Shown here: positions 28,814 through 38,204 of the stretch, piece after piece
How the letters are laid out: the number at the start of each line of letters is the position of its first letter
Position numbering within the stretch: the stretch's first letter is position 1
Source of the DNA: Kiritimatiellia bacterium
Lineage (GTDB): Bacteria > Verrucomicrobiota > Kiritimatiellia > RFP12 > UBA1067
Length of the DNA: 64,000 nt
Assembly: GCA_045540275.1 (NCBI GenBank)
Contig: JAZQGX010000235.1
Location: 7,610 to 71,609, forward strand
Reading direction: 5' to 3'
Position numbers and translations under genes: made by a program
The notes under the pieces: model-generated
What the model was told of the DNA's origin: nothing
Seen by the model: the letters and a program-made list of their open reading frames with translations, nothing else
Databases searched by the model: none

Positions 28814-29680
28814 CTACACTCCTTGAATTGCCGTGGCAAAGCGGTCGCGGCCGGAATAATCTTTCAAGACTTGGATATTGACAAATCCAAAATCCTCCAG
28901 CAAGGCGGTAATCCCGCCACGCTGATCATCCCCTATTTCAAAAAAAAGCCCACCGCCTGGTTTTAGCACCATCGTCGCGTCGACTAGCAACGTCCGATAG
29001 ACATCCAAGCCATCAGCTCCGCCGTCAAGCGCAAGACGCGGTTCCCAATTTCTGATTCTCGGATCAAGCGAGTCCACTGTCTGCGTCGGAATATAGGGCG
29101 GATTTGAGACGATGATATCGACGGAAGCCGCATCCAGTTCGCCACATCCGTCGGATTGCACAAAAAGCACCCTTCCGTCCAATCCGGTGAACTTAGCATT
29201 TTCGCAAGCCAGCGCCAACGCATCTGGACTGACATCCAATCCAACGAAAACACCATCTCTCATCTCTTTGGCGAGACTCAAAATAATGCAACCGCTTCCT
29301 GTACCGACATCAACCACCAACGGCTTGGTCCGCTTTGCAAGTTCAGACTTAAGCACCAACTCAACGAGCTGCTCGGTTTCCGGTCGGGGAATCAACGCCC
29401 TGCGATCGGTTTTAAGTGTCAGCAATCGAAAATCCCACTCCCCGATGACATACTGCACCGGCTCACCGTCGATAACCCGTCTCATGCCCCGTCTCATAGC
29501 CTCGACTACTCGCTCGGACGGGGTCTGATCAAGATACTTGTAGAGTCCGGAACGATTACTCGAGTACAATCTGGCAATCAGGAGTTCGGAGACGGTATGT
29601 GCGTCTGGAACTCCTTTTGCCTCCATGAAACCAGCGGCCAAAGTTATCAGCTCGCGCAATGTTTTTACAGGTGTGGACAT
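28814..29680 (-). CDS. prmC: Release factor glutamine methyltransferase HemK
   Basis: GEPVQYVIG, LIPRPETE, DVGTGSG, SNPPY, EPRLALDGG. Confidence 0.95.
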   Translation of the reverse strand: MSTPVKTLRELITLAAGFMEAKGVPDAHTVSELLIARLYSSNRSGLYKYLDQTPSERVVEAMRRGMRRVIDGEPVQYVIGEWDFRLLTLKTDRRALIPRPETEQLVELVLKSELAKRTKPLVVDVGTGSGCIILSLAKEMRDGVFVGLDVSPDALALACENAKFTGLDGRVLFVQSDGCGELDAASVDIIVSNPPYIPTQTVDSLDPRIRNWEPRLALDGGADGLDVYRTLLVDATMVLKPGGGLFFEIGDDQRGGITALLEDFGFVNIQVLKDYSGRDRFATAIQGV

Positions 29681-29686
29681 TCTCAG

Positions 29687-30061
29687 TTAGAACGGCATTT
29701 CATCGTCGAACTGATCGCTTACGGGAGCAACCGGCGGAACTGTCTCGGAGGCAGGCGCTTGCGCAGCAGGCACTCTGGCGGTACCATCGGCGTCAATCTG
29801 CTCCAGACGGAAGCAGACCAGATCGTTGAAAACGCGTCCGTTGTATTCACGGCCACGGATGTCAAATGTGACCTTTACTTTGCTACCGACCTGAACTCCG
29901 TCCAGGAGCGAGGTGTTGTTCTTCAAAAAATTGAAGCTGATAACCTGCGGATAGTTTCCGTCAGGACGCTCAAGAATCAATTCACGTTTGGTAAATCCGC
30001 TGGGAAAGGTTTGCACGGGCTTAACTTCTTTCACCAGACCTGTCATTTCATAAGTTTCCAT
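29687..30061 (-). CDS. DUF3127 OB-fold protein with SSB-like acidic tail
   Basis: SGFTKRE...YPQ...FDIRGREYNGRVFNDL; C-terminus DDEMPF. Confidence 0.78.
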   Translation of the reverse strand: METYEMTGLVKEVKPVQTFPSGFTKRELILERPDGNYPQVISFNFLKNNTSLLDGVQVGSKVKVTFDIRGREYNGRVFNDLVCFRLEQIDADGTARVPAAQAPASETVPPVAPVSDQFDDEMPF

Positions 30062-30075
30062 TTGTCTATCCTTTT

Positions 30076-30981
30076 TTAAATGCTCAAATCGCTTCCAGCT
30101 AATGCTTTGTATGCACCCAGATACTTTTCACGGGTTTTGGCAATTACCTCCGGCGGAAGTTCCGGTCCCGGCGACTTGCGGTCAAAGCCGATTTCGTCAA
30201 GCCAATCGCGAACGAACTGCTTATCCAGCGAAGGCGGGTTGCTGCCAACGGCGTATGACGAACTAGGCCAGAAACGCGAGCTGTCAGGGGTCAGCACCTC
30301 ATCGGCAAGAACCAGCCTACCATCAGCATCGCGGCCGAATTCGAATTTTGTGTCAGCAATGATGATACCGCGTTGAGCCGCGTAATCAGCCGCTTTGCGG
30401 TAGCATGAAATCGACACATCGCGCAATTCACCAGCTTCAGCCTCGCCCAGCGCATCGACCACGACATCGTAGCTTACCGCTTCGTCATGATCTCCGATGT
30501 CGGCCTTGGTGGTCGGAGTGAAAAGAACTTCGTCGAGCTTGGAGGCATTCTGGTACCCGGCGCGGAGTGCCTGGCCGTTGACAGTGCCTTTCTTAACATA
30601 TTCCGCCCAGCCGCTGCCAGTCAGATAGCCGCGGACAATGCATTCAAACTGGACCATATTGACTTTTTTTACCAGCATCGACCGACCGCGCAAATCCTCC
30701 TTAACACCTTTGAGAAAATCGGGATACTCCTCTACATCGGCGGTAATCAAATGATTGCGAACTCCAAGAAAATCCATCCAGAAGAGAGAGAGTCCGTTGA
30801 GAACCTTTCCCTTGTCGGGAATGCCGGTTGGAAGAATTACGTCAAAGGCGCTTACGCGGTCTGAAACGACCATAAGCAACTTGTCGCCAAGGTCAAAAAC
30901 ATCGCGGACTTTTCCGCTTTTCGGTGCCGGGATACCCGGAATTGCGCAATCCAGCAATGCGTGGTTTTTATCGTATGTCAT
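30076..30981 (-). CDS. purC: Phosphoribosylaminoimidazole-succinocarboxamide synthase
   Basis: SGKVRD, SDRVSAFD, ECIVRGYLTGSG, ADTKFEFG, DEVLTPDSSRFW; AGGAG RBS before 30981. Confidence 0.97.
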   Translation of the reverse strand: MTYDKNHALLDCAIPGIPAPKSGKVRDVFDLGDKLLMVVSDRVSAFDVILPTGIPDKGKVLNGLSLFWMDFLGVRNHLITADVEEYPDFLKGVKEDLRGRSMLVKKVNMVQFECIVRGYLTGSGWAEYVKKGTVNGQALRAGYQNASKLDEVLFTPTTKADIGDHDEAVSYDVVVDALGEAEAGELRDVSISCYRKAADYAAQRGIIIADTKFEFGRDADGRLVLADEVLTPDSSRFWPSSSYAVGSNPPSLDKQFVRDWLDEIGFDRKSPGPELPPEVIAKTREKYLGAYKALAGSDLSI

Positions 30982-31065
30982 CTTCTGACTCCTGATTTTT
31001 CGTACCGGAGCGACCGGTACAGCCATTACAATACAGTTAAAGAAAAATTGTTCCAAGCCGGCAAA

Positions 31066-31947
31066 CTACTTACCAGAAACCGTCTCGTCCTGAGTAACGG
31101 TATAGAAGAGGCCTTCGTACTCTGCAGGAGGCTTGGGATTATTGATCATCAACGCAAAAGGCTTAACATTGCCGGGGGGCGTAGTCTGAACGATGTGGCG
31201 GAGGAATGGTCCATCGGTATGGTAGCTGTTGCCGAATCCGGCGACCGCAACCCCGTGAGGAACCGCGGAGACGATTCTGCGAACATATTCGGCCTTGCCG
31301 TCGCCATCGGAGACGGGATAGACGATTCTGGGCGAAATCACGCCTCCGTCGCTTTCAAGCTGTATGCCTGTAATTTGCGAAACCGGAATGCCGAGAGTTT
31401 CTGCGGTGGCCCGAACATAAACTTGCGGGCTGGCGGAGATGACATGCATTTTAATTCCGGCGGCCTTCAATCTGGTGTAGATTTCCTTTGAGGAGGAAAA
31501 AATCCAATGCTTCATCGTTTTTTCAAATTCACGCTTTGCGAAATCAGCTATCACTGATTCTTCCATACCGACGTGGAGTTGGGCGATAAAGGGATAGCCG
31601 AGCCATACTCCGAGCTTGCACAACTCGGGATAGATTACATCGTTGTAACGCTTGACGTCGCTTGGTTTGATTACCGGCGACAGCCCCGCCTTGATGGAAA
31701 GCTCTGCAAGACCGGAGTAGATGAAATTTCCGTTTTTACCCGGCAAGCCGCAAGAGATATCTCCTTTGATGATGGTGCCGTCAAAATCCCAGAACATCAT
31801 GGGAACGGCGTGTGGATCAGCCTTTTTGACTTTCGCAACAACATCCAATACTTGATTGACGACATAATCAACATGCGCCTCGCGCGCGATGGCGACCGCC
31901 GTCAGCATCATCGCCCCTCCAAACAGAATAAACAGCTTTTTCATCAT
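31066..31947 (-). CDS. Secreted HAD-family hydrolase
   Basis: Signal peptide; WDFDGT motif I, ISAS motif II, GK and GNSYHTD motifs. Confidence 0.8.
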   Translation of the reverse strand: MMKKLFILFGGAMMLTAVAIAREAHVDYVVNQVLDVVAKVKKADPHAVPMMFWDFDGTIIKGDISCGLPGKNGNFIYSGLAELSIKAGLSPVIKPSDVKRYNDVIYPELCKLGVWLGYPFIAQLHVGMEESVIADFAKREFEKTMKHWIFSSSKEIYTRLKAAGIKMHVISASPQVYVRATAETLGIPVSQITGIQLESDGGVISPRIVYPVSDGDGKAEYVRRIVSAVPHGVAVAGFGNSYHTDGPFLRHIVQTTPPGNVKPFALMINNPKPPAEYEGLFYTVTQDETVSGK

Positions 31948-32426
31948 TCTCCTTTTCTTTCGTTCAAGAGTACCACGCAGTGTACCACAATGCCAACACC
32001 TTTTCCGACATCATCCATCTTCTCATTGGTCTTGCCTTTGACCGAGACGCATGACGTATCCACTTTGAGGATTTCCGCAATACGCATGCGTATCGCATCC
32101 ACGTGAGGTCGCAACCTTGGCTTTTCGCAGATAACGGTAGCGTCAATATTGCCGATGCGAAAACCGGCGTCTGCGATCAGGTCGACAACGCTACCCAGCA
32201 GTTTTGAAGAATCGGCCCCCCGCCACCTGTCGTCGGTATCGGGGAAATGCTCACCGATATCACCCATAGCCGACGCACCGAGCAAAGCATCGATGATTGC
32301 ATGCAAAAGCACATCGGCGTCAGAATGCCCTTTCAAACCGGAAACTCCTGGAATGAGAATACCCCCTAGCATCAGAGCACGACCATCTTCAAAACGATGG
32401 GAATCATATCCAAAACCTATGCGCAC
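31944..32426 (-). CDS. ispF: 2-C-methyl-D-erythritol 2,4-cyclodiphosphate synthase
   Basis: RIGFGYDSH, GHSDADVLLHAIIDALLG, GDIGEHFP; GTG start with GAGGAG RBS. Confidence 0.96.
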   Translation of the reverse strand: MRIGFGYDSHRFEDGRALMLGGILIPGVSGLKGHSDADVLLHAIIDALLGASAMGDIGEHFPDTDDRWRGADSSKLLGSVVDLIADAGFRIGNIDATVICEKPRLRPHVDAIRMRIAEILKVDTSCVSVKGKTNEKMDDVGKGVGIVVHCVVLLNERKGE

Positions 32427-32519
32427 TGCAACTCCTCGTCTCAAAACCGACATTTCGAAGAATTTTATTTCCAAAATAAAAAGCAGTCAAGCAATATTAC
32501 GAGACGGACGATTTTATTA

Positions 32520-32549
32520 TTGCCAAGTATTTAAGGGAAAGTGTATAAT
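32520..32549 (+). promoter_or_regulatory. Sigma70-type promoter of the three-gene operon (TTGCCA-18-TATAAT)
   Basis: TTGCCA at 32520-32525 and TATAAT at 32544-32549 in the AT-rich divergent intergenic region. Confidence 0.6.
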
Positions 32550-32603
32550 TTTTTAATGTCAAAACGAGGTATTCATCACAACAACAAAAAAAGGGGGTAC
32601 AAC

Positions 32604-33704
32604 GTGAATTCCTCACGCATCAAAGCATCATTACTATTGGTAGTATTTGCGGCACTGGCCGTTTTCTCTGGATTGGCGTTCATCGACAATATTGACATCA
32701 TTGTCAAATATTGGAAAGATTTCAATGCTGTAAGTGGCGACTCAGCCAAAATGGCCAAGGAATACACCGGCATAATTCCTTGTTTGGATTGGACCACGGT
32801 CGACTACTCTGCAGTCACGACCTTCATTCCTTTCTTCGGTTTTCTCTTTGCGGCGATTGGATGCCTTCGTGTTATTTTCAAAAAGAAGCTGCATTCAAAT
32901 GACTGCTTCCCGTATTTCCCTTACACCGATCTTCTCAATATTTCGCTGGGCTTGATCGGTACCTTGTGGGGAATCATCGTTATCGGCTACTACGACATGT
33001 CCACCATCGAGATCGACATTCTCATTGAATGTCTGCACACTGCGTTGTTCTCGACGTTGATGGCTGTTGTCTGGGTTTATCTGATTGACCATCCGATCAT
33101 CCGTCCTTTGATGCGTAGCTGCATCAGCACCGCACAGATCGAGACCGACGATGACGAAAAAGACGTTATCGAGATCATCGAAGATTTGCGTCGCAGCGCA
33201 TGCGGCATCCGTAGCGCTTGGGAAGATGAACGCATCAATCTTGAAGGACTTGTCACCCAGATGAAGTCCGCCAAAGATTCGATGAGCGAATTTGACCGTG
33301 CCACCAAGCAAGCCGGGATCGCGATTGACAAGACACTTGCATCGGCAGTGCAGGCGATCACCGCCCGCCTTTCCGATGTGGCGGAACAGATCGAAGCGAA
33401 CCGTCGCGCTTCAGAGGAACAGGCGGCCGAGCGCAATGCTCGTCTGAACGAGGCCTATGACAAGCGCATCACCGATCTTAACAATGCTTTTGACAAGCGC
33501 ATTGCGGTAATTGCCGAAGAGAACAGCAAGATTGCCGAAATCTGCGAAAAGCTTGAAGCGCAATCCAAGCGATTGCTTGATGAAAACGTACAGCTCAAAG
33601 CCGATCTCAAAACTTCCGAAGAAGCGGGACGCGAACTGAAGAGACGCGCCGAGAAAGCGGAAGACAACCTCAACACCATCAAAAAGGTCATAGCCGGTGA
33701 ATAA
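32604..33704 (+). CDS. MotA/TolQ/ExbB-like proton-channel membrane protein with long C-terminal coiled-coil tail
   Basis: About 4 TMs; SLGLIGTLWGII and HTALFSTLMAV resemble the conserved LGxxGT / ALxxT pore helices; about 200-aa helical tail; start GTG 32604 (AAGGGGG RBS) or ATG 32556. Confidence 0.62.
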   Translation: MNSSRIKASLLLVVFAALAVFSGLAFIDNIDIIVKYWKDFNAVSGDSAKMAKEYTGIIPCLDWTTVDYSAVTTFIPFFGFLFAAIGCLRVIFKKKLHSNDCFPYFPYTDLLNISLGLIGTLWGIIVIGYYDMSTIEIDILIECLHTALFSTLMAVVWVYLIDHPIIRPLMRSCISTAQIETDDDEKDVIEIIEDLRRSACGIRSAWEDERINLEGLVTQMKSAKDSMSEFDRATKQAGIAIDKTLASAVQAITARLSDVAEQIEANRRASEEQAAERNARLNEAYDKRITDLNNAFDKRIAVIAEENSKIAEICEKLEAQSKRLLDENVQLKADLKTSEEAGRELKRRAEKAEDNLNTIKKVIAGE

Positions 33705-34446
33705 GAAGCAAGCGCTTCTGAAGCAGCTGTCGCGGAAGGGACCGTCAGCGCTCACTGTATCAGTGAATGATTTGAACGGACTGCTGCTCCAGATCTCATT
33801 GGCAATCATGATGATTTTCGTGATGGCCTACTTCATCTTCCGCACGCAAAAGAATGAAAAGATTCTTGAGATTCAACGCCAGAAACTGGAATTGGCGGTT
33901 GATACTGTCGATAAAGAGTATAAAGTGCGCTATGGTCTGAACGTGCTCACTTCGGGAATAACCCGTCGTGAGGGCTCTACCAACGTTTACTTTGACGCAT
34001 CATCGATCATTACCAACGGAGCGATGACGCAAAACCATGCCATCCGTGCTGCCTTCATATCTGCCTCGCAGAATGGGCAAGCCGACTTCGCCGACAAACT
34101 GGCGTTGCGTAAAGGATGGTGGGATAAGGTCATGAAGGCGGCAGCACTTGACAGCGACATCACGCAAGAGAACACCCAGTGGCTAAATGACACAGTGGAC
34201 ACCTGCATCGCTGATTATGTCGATTCCGTGCATGCTATCCAGTATGGATGCGCAACCATGCTGCAGAAATATTGGAGCGAGCATCCTCAACAGGTCAAAG
34301 ACGAAGAGATCGAAAAGATTCTCACCAAATTTAATACTGCGGACGAGAAGACAAAAATGCTCTTGATTACCGACCTTGCGGAGGCGTTGCGTCGCTACAG
34401 TATTGAAACATTGTCCAAACTGGCAGGAGCGGAGTTGCTGCAATGA
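33697..34446 (+). CDS. Single-TM MotB/ExbD/ZorB-like partner without a recognisable OmpA domain
   Basis: SVNDLNGLLLQISLAIMMIFVMAYFIF has Asp just before one N-terminal TM; overlaps upstream stop by 8 nt. Confidence 0.5.
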   Translation: MNKKQALLKQLSRKGPSALTVSVNDLNGLLLQISLAIMMIFVMAYFIFRTQKNEKILEIQRQKLELAVDTVDKEYKVRYGLNVLTSGITRREGSTNVYFDASSIITNGAMTQNHAIRAAFISASQNGQADFADKLALRKGWWDKVMKAAALDSDITQENTQWLNDTVDTCIADYVDSVHAIQYGCATMLQKYWSEHPQQVKDEEIEKILTKFNTADEKTKMLLITDLAEALRRYSIETLSKLAGAELLQ

Positions 34447-36494
34447 AAAAGAACACGATAATCTCCATGTGTGCGGTGCTCAGCGCCGCCACAACTTTCG
34501 CCAGCGAACTTGTGCAGGCGGAAAATCTAAAAAAAAGCTCATCGCATCTGGCGGCGCAATTGGTTGTTGACAGGCTTCGTGACGATGTTGCAACCAACAA
34601 CAATGCAGTCGCCGATTTGGCAAAAGCGATGCTTTCCGACCCTGTTCGATACCGTAAGACGGGCGAAGCAAAGATACTTTTGGAACCGGAATTTTCCGAA
34701 AGTATAAAAAACACCTTCCGTAAGCGTGTTGACGACCTTCTTGACCGGATGGCGAAGCCCAAGACTCGGCAAGAGTATTTTGGCGCGGAGTTTCTGTCAA
34801 AAGCGGAAGACCCGGGGAATGCGTTCTTGAAAAAGGTTGCGGCCGATTCGTATCAGAACGCATTTAAGGAAGCCCGTAAAAAGGCTTGTGAAGAGCAGGC
34901 GAAACGTCTTTCGTCGGCGATTCGCCCTACCGAGGAAGAAGTTGACAGTTCCGATCGTGGAAGCTTGGTTCATCGAATTGCCGGTAAACTCATCGAGGCG
35001 AAAAAGAACGCCATTTTCGATGAGAACGTCGGTTATATTCTGAACACGATTGCAGGCCCCGTAGTTGTCGAGGCTTACAATCAGCGTGATATGCAGCGCG
35101 AGTCATATATGACGATGCCGGTCAACACCTACACTCCTGAATTTCTCGTCACCAACATGTTGAAAAACATCAAAGGTGAAGTATCTCGAATCCAGCGTGA
35201 ACGGAAGGCTGAGGGGCAGTACGGGTACGGGCTATTCCCGTCCACGACCAATAATTCACTGGTCGCTAAGATGGCAAAGAATCGTGCGATTAAAAATCTG
35301 ACGGATGCGCTGTCAAACGTATCGACAAATATTTTCGACCGCAAATGGGCGGAAAAGGAAATTTTGACGAATATTGACAAGCATCGCAATCGAGGAGATT
35401 CGGAAAATGCCTTCCGGGTGCTTAACAGCAAAAAGATGGAAGATCTGGCGCTGGCAGAGATCCGCAGGAGGGTTCCGAAAAACGAGAAAGCACGTTTTGA
35501 GGAGTATTTTGCAAAAGACGGTTCACAGAATTCGAGATATACGAATTTGCGTTGGAATCGCGCTGGCAATGAATTTTGGCCGCTGGTAGTGCAGGTTCGC
35601 AACTCGTGTGCGAGCAATCAGATGTCAAAATTCTACAAGAAACTGCAGAACAAGGATTGGTATCCCGATTATGATGTTGTGGATGCGATCAGTCTCAGTT
35701 CCGATTTGTCCCGCGAATGGGCACTTTGGCGCAAATACAAGGAGTTTTCGGAATTCTCTGACCTTGAGAAGAAGCAACCGATTATCGGTGAAACTTCGGC
35801 AATGGTCAACAATGCGATGAGGTACGCGTTGGGAGCTGGTGAACGCGCTCGTTCATGGCAGCACGGTATTGTGCGTAATATCTATCATTCGATTCGCTCT
35901 TACTACGAATCGACCGGAAGTCGACCTTCAATTGAGACGGTTGTAGCGGATTATGAAAAGCGCGTCACCGATCAATGGCTCAAGAATATAGCCAAGGCGA
36001 TGGAGGGGTACGAGAAAGCAATTCCAAAATACGAAAAGCTTTTCAACAGCACTCGTGAGCAGATAGAATTGCGTGCCAAGGCGATTGTCAGCATGTCAGG
36101 ATCCTCGAACACGGCAAAGGGAGATGGCTCAGATGATGGTGATGTCATTCCTTGTTCAGCCACGATTACATTTGACATCAAAGATGACAAGGTGATAGAA
36201 GCATCTATTCGCTACAATGGAGAAACGGTTTCGACGGTGAAGGCAAACCTAGAGAAGAAGGCGTTCAAGCGAGAACTTAACAATTTCTCGCGCAGCGTTT
36301 CTGATCAGGTATTGAACCGAATCCGCGAAGCGGCAAAGAACGATCGACTCAATGTCCGGTTGAATCTTGTTGTTCGCGACAACCTCGTATACTATGGAGC
36401 TGTAATTGATGTATATGACAGCATCCGTTTTGGGGTTGAGAAATTAGGTCCTAGGATCAACTCATTCCGCACCTTTGGTGCGCCTCGCGATTGA
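34443..36494 (+). CDS. Secreted alpha-helical protein with a C-terminal ExbD/TolR-like domain
   Basis: Sec signal MKKNTIISMCAVLSAATTFA; ATGA overlap; C-terminus ITFDI...IRYNGETV...VRLNLVVRDNLVYYGAVIDVYDSIRFG. Confidence 0.45.
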   Translation: MKKNTIISMCAVLSAATTFASELVQAENLKKSSSHLAAQLVVDRLRDDVATNNNAVADLAKAMLSDPVRYRKTGEAKILLEPEFSESIKNTFRKRVDDLLDRMAKPKTRQEYFGAEFLSKAEDPGNAFLKKVAADSYQNAFKEARKKACEEQAKRLSSAIRPTEEEVDSSDRGSLVHRIAGKLIEAKKNAIFDENVGYILNTIAGPVVVEAYNQRDMQRESYMTMPVNTYTPEFLVTNMLKNIKGEVSRIQRERKAEGQYGYGLFPSTTNNSLVAKMAKNRAIKNLTDALSNVSTNIFDRKWAEKEILTNIDKHRNRGDSENAFRVLNSKKMEDLALAEIRRRVPKNEKARFEEYFAKDGSQNSRYTNLRWNRAGNEFWPLVVQVRNSCASNQMSKFYKKLQNKDWYPDYDVVDAISLSSDLSREWALWRKYKEFSEFSDLEKKQPIIGETSAMVNNAMRYALGAGERARSWQHGIVRNIYHSIRSYYESTGSRPSIETVVADYEKRVTDQWLKNIAKAMEGYEKAIPKYEKLFNSTREQIELRAKAIVSMSGSSNTAKGDGSDDGDVIPCSATITFDIKDDKVIEASIRYNGETVSTVKANLEKKAFKRELNNFSRSVSDQVLNRIREAAKNDRLNVRLNLVVRDNLVYYGAVIDVYDSIRFGVEKLGPRINSFRTFGAPRD

Positions 36495-36504
36495 TTCATG
36501 TACC

Positions 36505-36538
36505 AAAAAAGGGACGCCCAGCCGGCGTCCCTTTTTTT
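36505..36538 (+). terminator. Intrinsic terminator
   Basis: A6-GGGACGCC-cagcc-GGCGTCCC-T7 right after the operon. Confidence 0.9.
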
Positions 36539-36626
36539 AGGGTCTGTCCCCCTAATGTATTCTAGGGTCTGTCCCCTAAATGAAAATGGTCGCCAAACCT
36601 GCGCCTATTTTGAGGGTATGTCCCTA
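36538..36626 (+). repeat. Cluster of REP-like TAGGGTCTGTCCCC motifs (2 exact, 1 degenerate)
   Basis: Copies at 36538-36551 and 36563-36576; degenerate GAGGGTATGTCCCT at 36612-36625. Confidence 0.85.
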
Positions 36627-36723
36627 GAACGACTAAAAATTATCGTTGAAAAAGGTTGTCGCAAAATCTCGTGTATTAGGGTATAATCATTACGATTTTC
36701 AAACACAATCTAGGAGAATGACC

Positions 36724-38142
36724 ATGGCTGCGAATTGCAAATGTTCCTCAGGTAAGAAAAAGTGTTCAAATGGCAAATGCGAATGCAAGGCGGATAAAAA
36801 ATACGCTTTTGTAGCTCCCATTCAACTCTTGCGCGAGATGAAGGCAAAAGCCGACAAAAGCTCACCGATTTTTGCAGTTGCCCTTGAACGGGACAATGGC
36901 TATGTTACCCGTTACGACTTGCCGATTCCTTCCGGCATGGGAAAAAAGGAAATCGTTAGAAAACTTTGTGAGAGAATCGTAAAGTTCTTGCTTTGGTCTT
37001 CGGGCGGGTACAAAATCACCATCGCCGGCCCCAGTGCCATTTGCAAAAAAATCAAAGCAGACTACCAAATTGGTGGTGCACGTGACTTTGACGCAAAATT
37101 CTTCAAGAAAGTTTATCATCAGGATTTGACTGTAAAGGTTGTCAAACTTGACAAAATGCCGAAAGCTAACGAACGTGCGCTGAAGGTCAATGCCAAGAGT
37201 AACGGATGTCGTCTCGGATTTGATTTGGGTGCAAGTGATTTTAAAATCAGCGCAGTTAAGAATGGCAAGGTAACCTTCTCTGATGAATTTCCCTGGGATC
37301 CCAGAAATCAAGCAGACCCCGACTATCATCTGAACAAACTAAACGAAGGACTTAAGAAGGCAGCCGCCACTTTGCCCAAGGTTAATGCCATCGGTGGAAG
37401 TACCGCCGGTGTTGTAATTGACAACTACTTGCGCTCTGCCTCACTCCTTCGAGCTGTCGAGGAAAAAAACAATCAGCGCTTTGAAGAGGGACAGTCCATT
37501 TTCTACCGTCTGCAAAAAATTTGGAATGTACCGGTTGAGGTTGCCAATGATGGTGATGTTACCGCTCTTTGCGGAATGCTGACAATGAACAAAAAAGGAA
37601 TTCTCGGCGTTGCCATGGGCTCAAGCGAAGCGGCCGGCTTTATCAACACCGACGGGTGTCTTACAGGTCGGCTGACGGAACTGGCCTTCGCTCCGGTTGA
37701 CTTAAGCGATCAGGCGCCAACGGATGAATGGTCTGGGGATACCGGGGTCGGAGCAATGTACTTCTCGCAACAGGCCGTCAACTTCCTCGCTTGCAATGAA
37801 GGCTTCAAATTCCCAAAGACCATGCCCCTTCCCGAACGGCTTAAAGTAGTCCAGAAGGCCATGTCAGAAAATGATCCTCGTGCGCTGCGCGTCTATCAAC
37901 GGATAGGATTGAATCTCGCGCATACCGTACCTTGGTATCGCGAATTCTACGACTTCAACAGTCTGATGATTCTGGGACGTGTCACAACTGGCATGGGCGG
38001 TGTGATTATTCTTGAAACCGCGCGTTTGATGCTGAAAGACATCTATCCAGAAACTGCTGCCGAGGTAGAGATTTTCATGCCAGATGAAAAAGCTCGCCGC
38101 CTTGGCCAATCAGTGGCCGCAGCATCGCTCCCCGAGCTGTAA
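36724..38142 (+). CDS. ROK-family sugar kinase/regulator-like protein
   Basis: GFDLGASD, VANDGD, GVAMGSSEAAG, GRLTELAF; AGGAG RBS. Confidence 0.8.
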   Translation: MAANCKCSSGKKKCSNGKCECKADKKYAFVAPIQLLREMKAKADKSSPIFAVALERDNGYVTRYDLPIPSGMGKKEIVRKLCERIVKFLLWSSGGYKITIAGPSAICKKIKADYQIGGARDFDAKFFKKVYHQDLTVKVVKLDKMPKANERALKVNAKSNGCRLGFDLGASDFKISAVKNGKVTFSDEFPWDPRNQADPDYHLNKLNEGLKKAAATLPKVNAIGGSTAGVVIDNYLRSASLLRAVEEKNNQRFEEGQSIFYRLQKIWNVPVEVANDGDVTALCGMLTMNKKGILGVAMGSSEAAGFINTDGCLTGRLTELAFAPVDLSDQAPTDEWSGDTGVGAMYFSQQAVNFLACNEGFKFPKTMPLPERLKVVQKAMSENDPRALRVYQRIGLNLAHTVPWYREFYDFNSLMILGRVTTGMGGVIILETARLMLKDIYPETAAEVEIFMPDEKARRLGQSVAAASLPEL

Positions 38143-38149
38143 AAGAAAT

Positions 38150-38185
38150 AAAAAAGAGCGCTTCGCTGAGAGGCGCTCTTTTTTT
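38150..38185. terminator. Bidirectional intrinsic terminator
   Basis: A6-GAGCGCTT-cgctgag-AGGCGCTC-T7 between convergent genes. Confidence 0.88.
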
Positions 38186-38204
38186 GAAAAATTGCAAATT
38201 GGGT

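Noticed and set aside
32604-36494. Canonical Zorya, flagellar MotAB or TonB-ExbBD system
   Set aside because: No ZorC/D/E, no OmpA motif in the B subunit, and no flagellar or TonB genes nearby; reported instead as an atypical motor-like operon
36498-36686. 62-aa ORF spanning terminator and REP cluster
   Set aside because: Composed of terminator and repeat sequence; unlikely to be a gene
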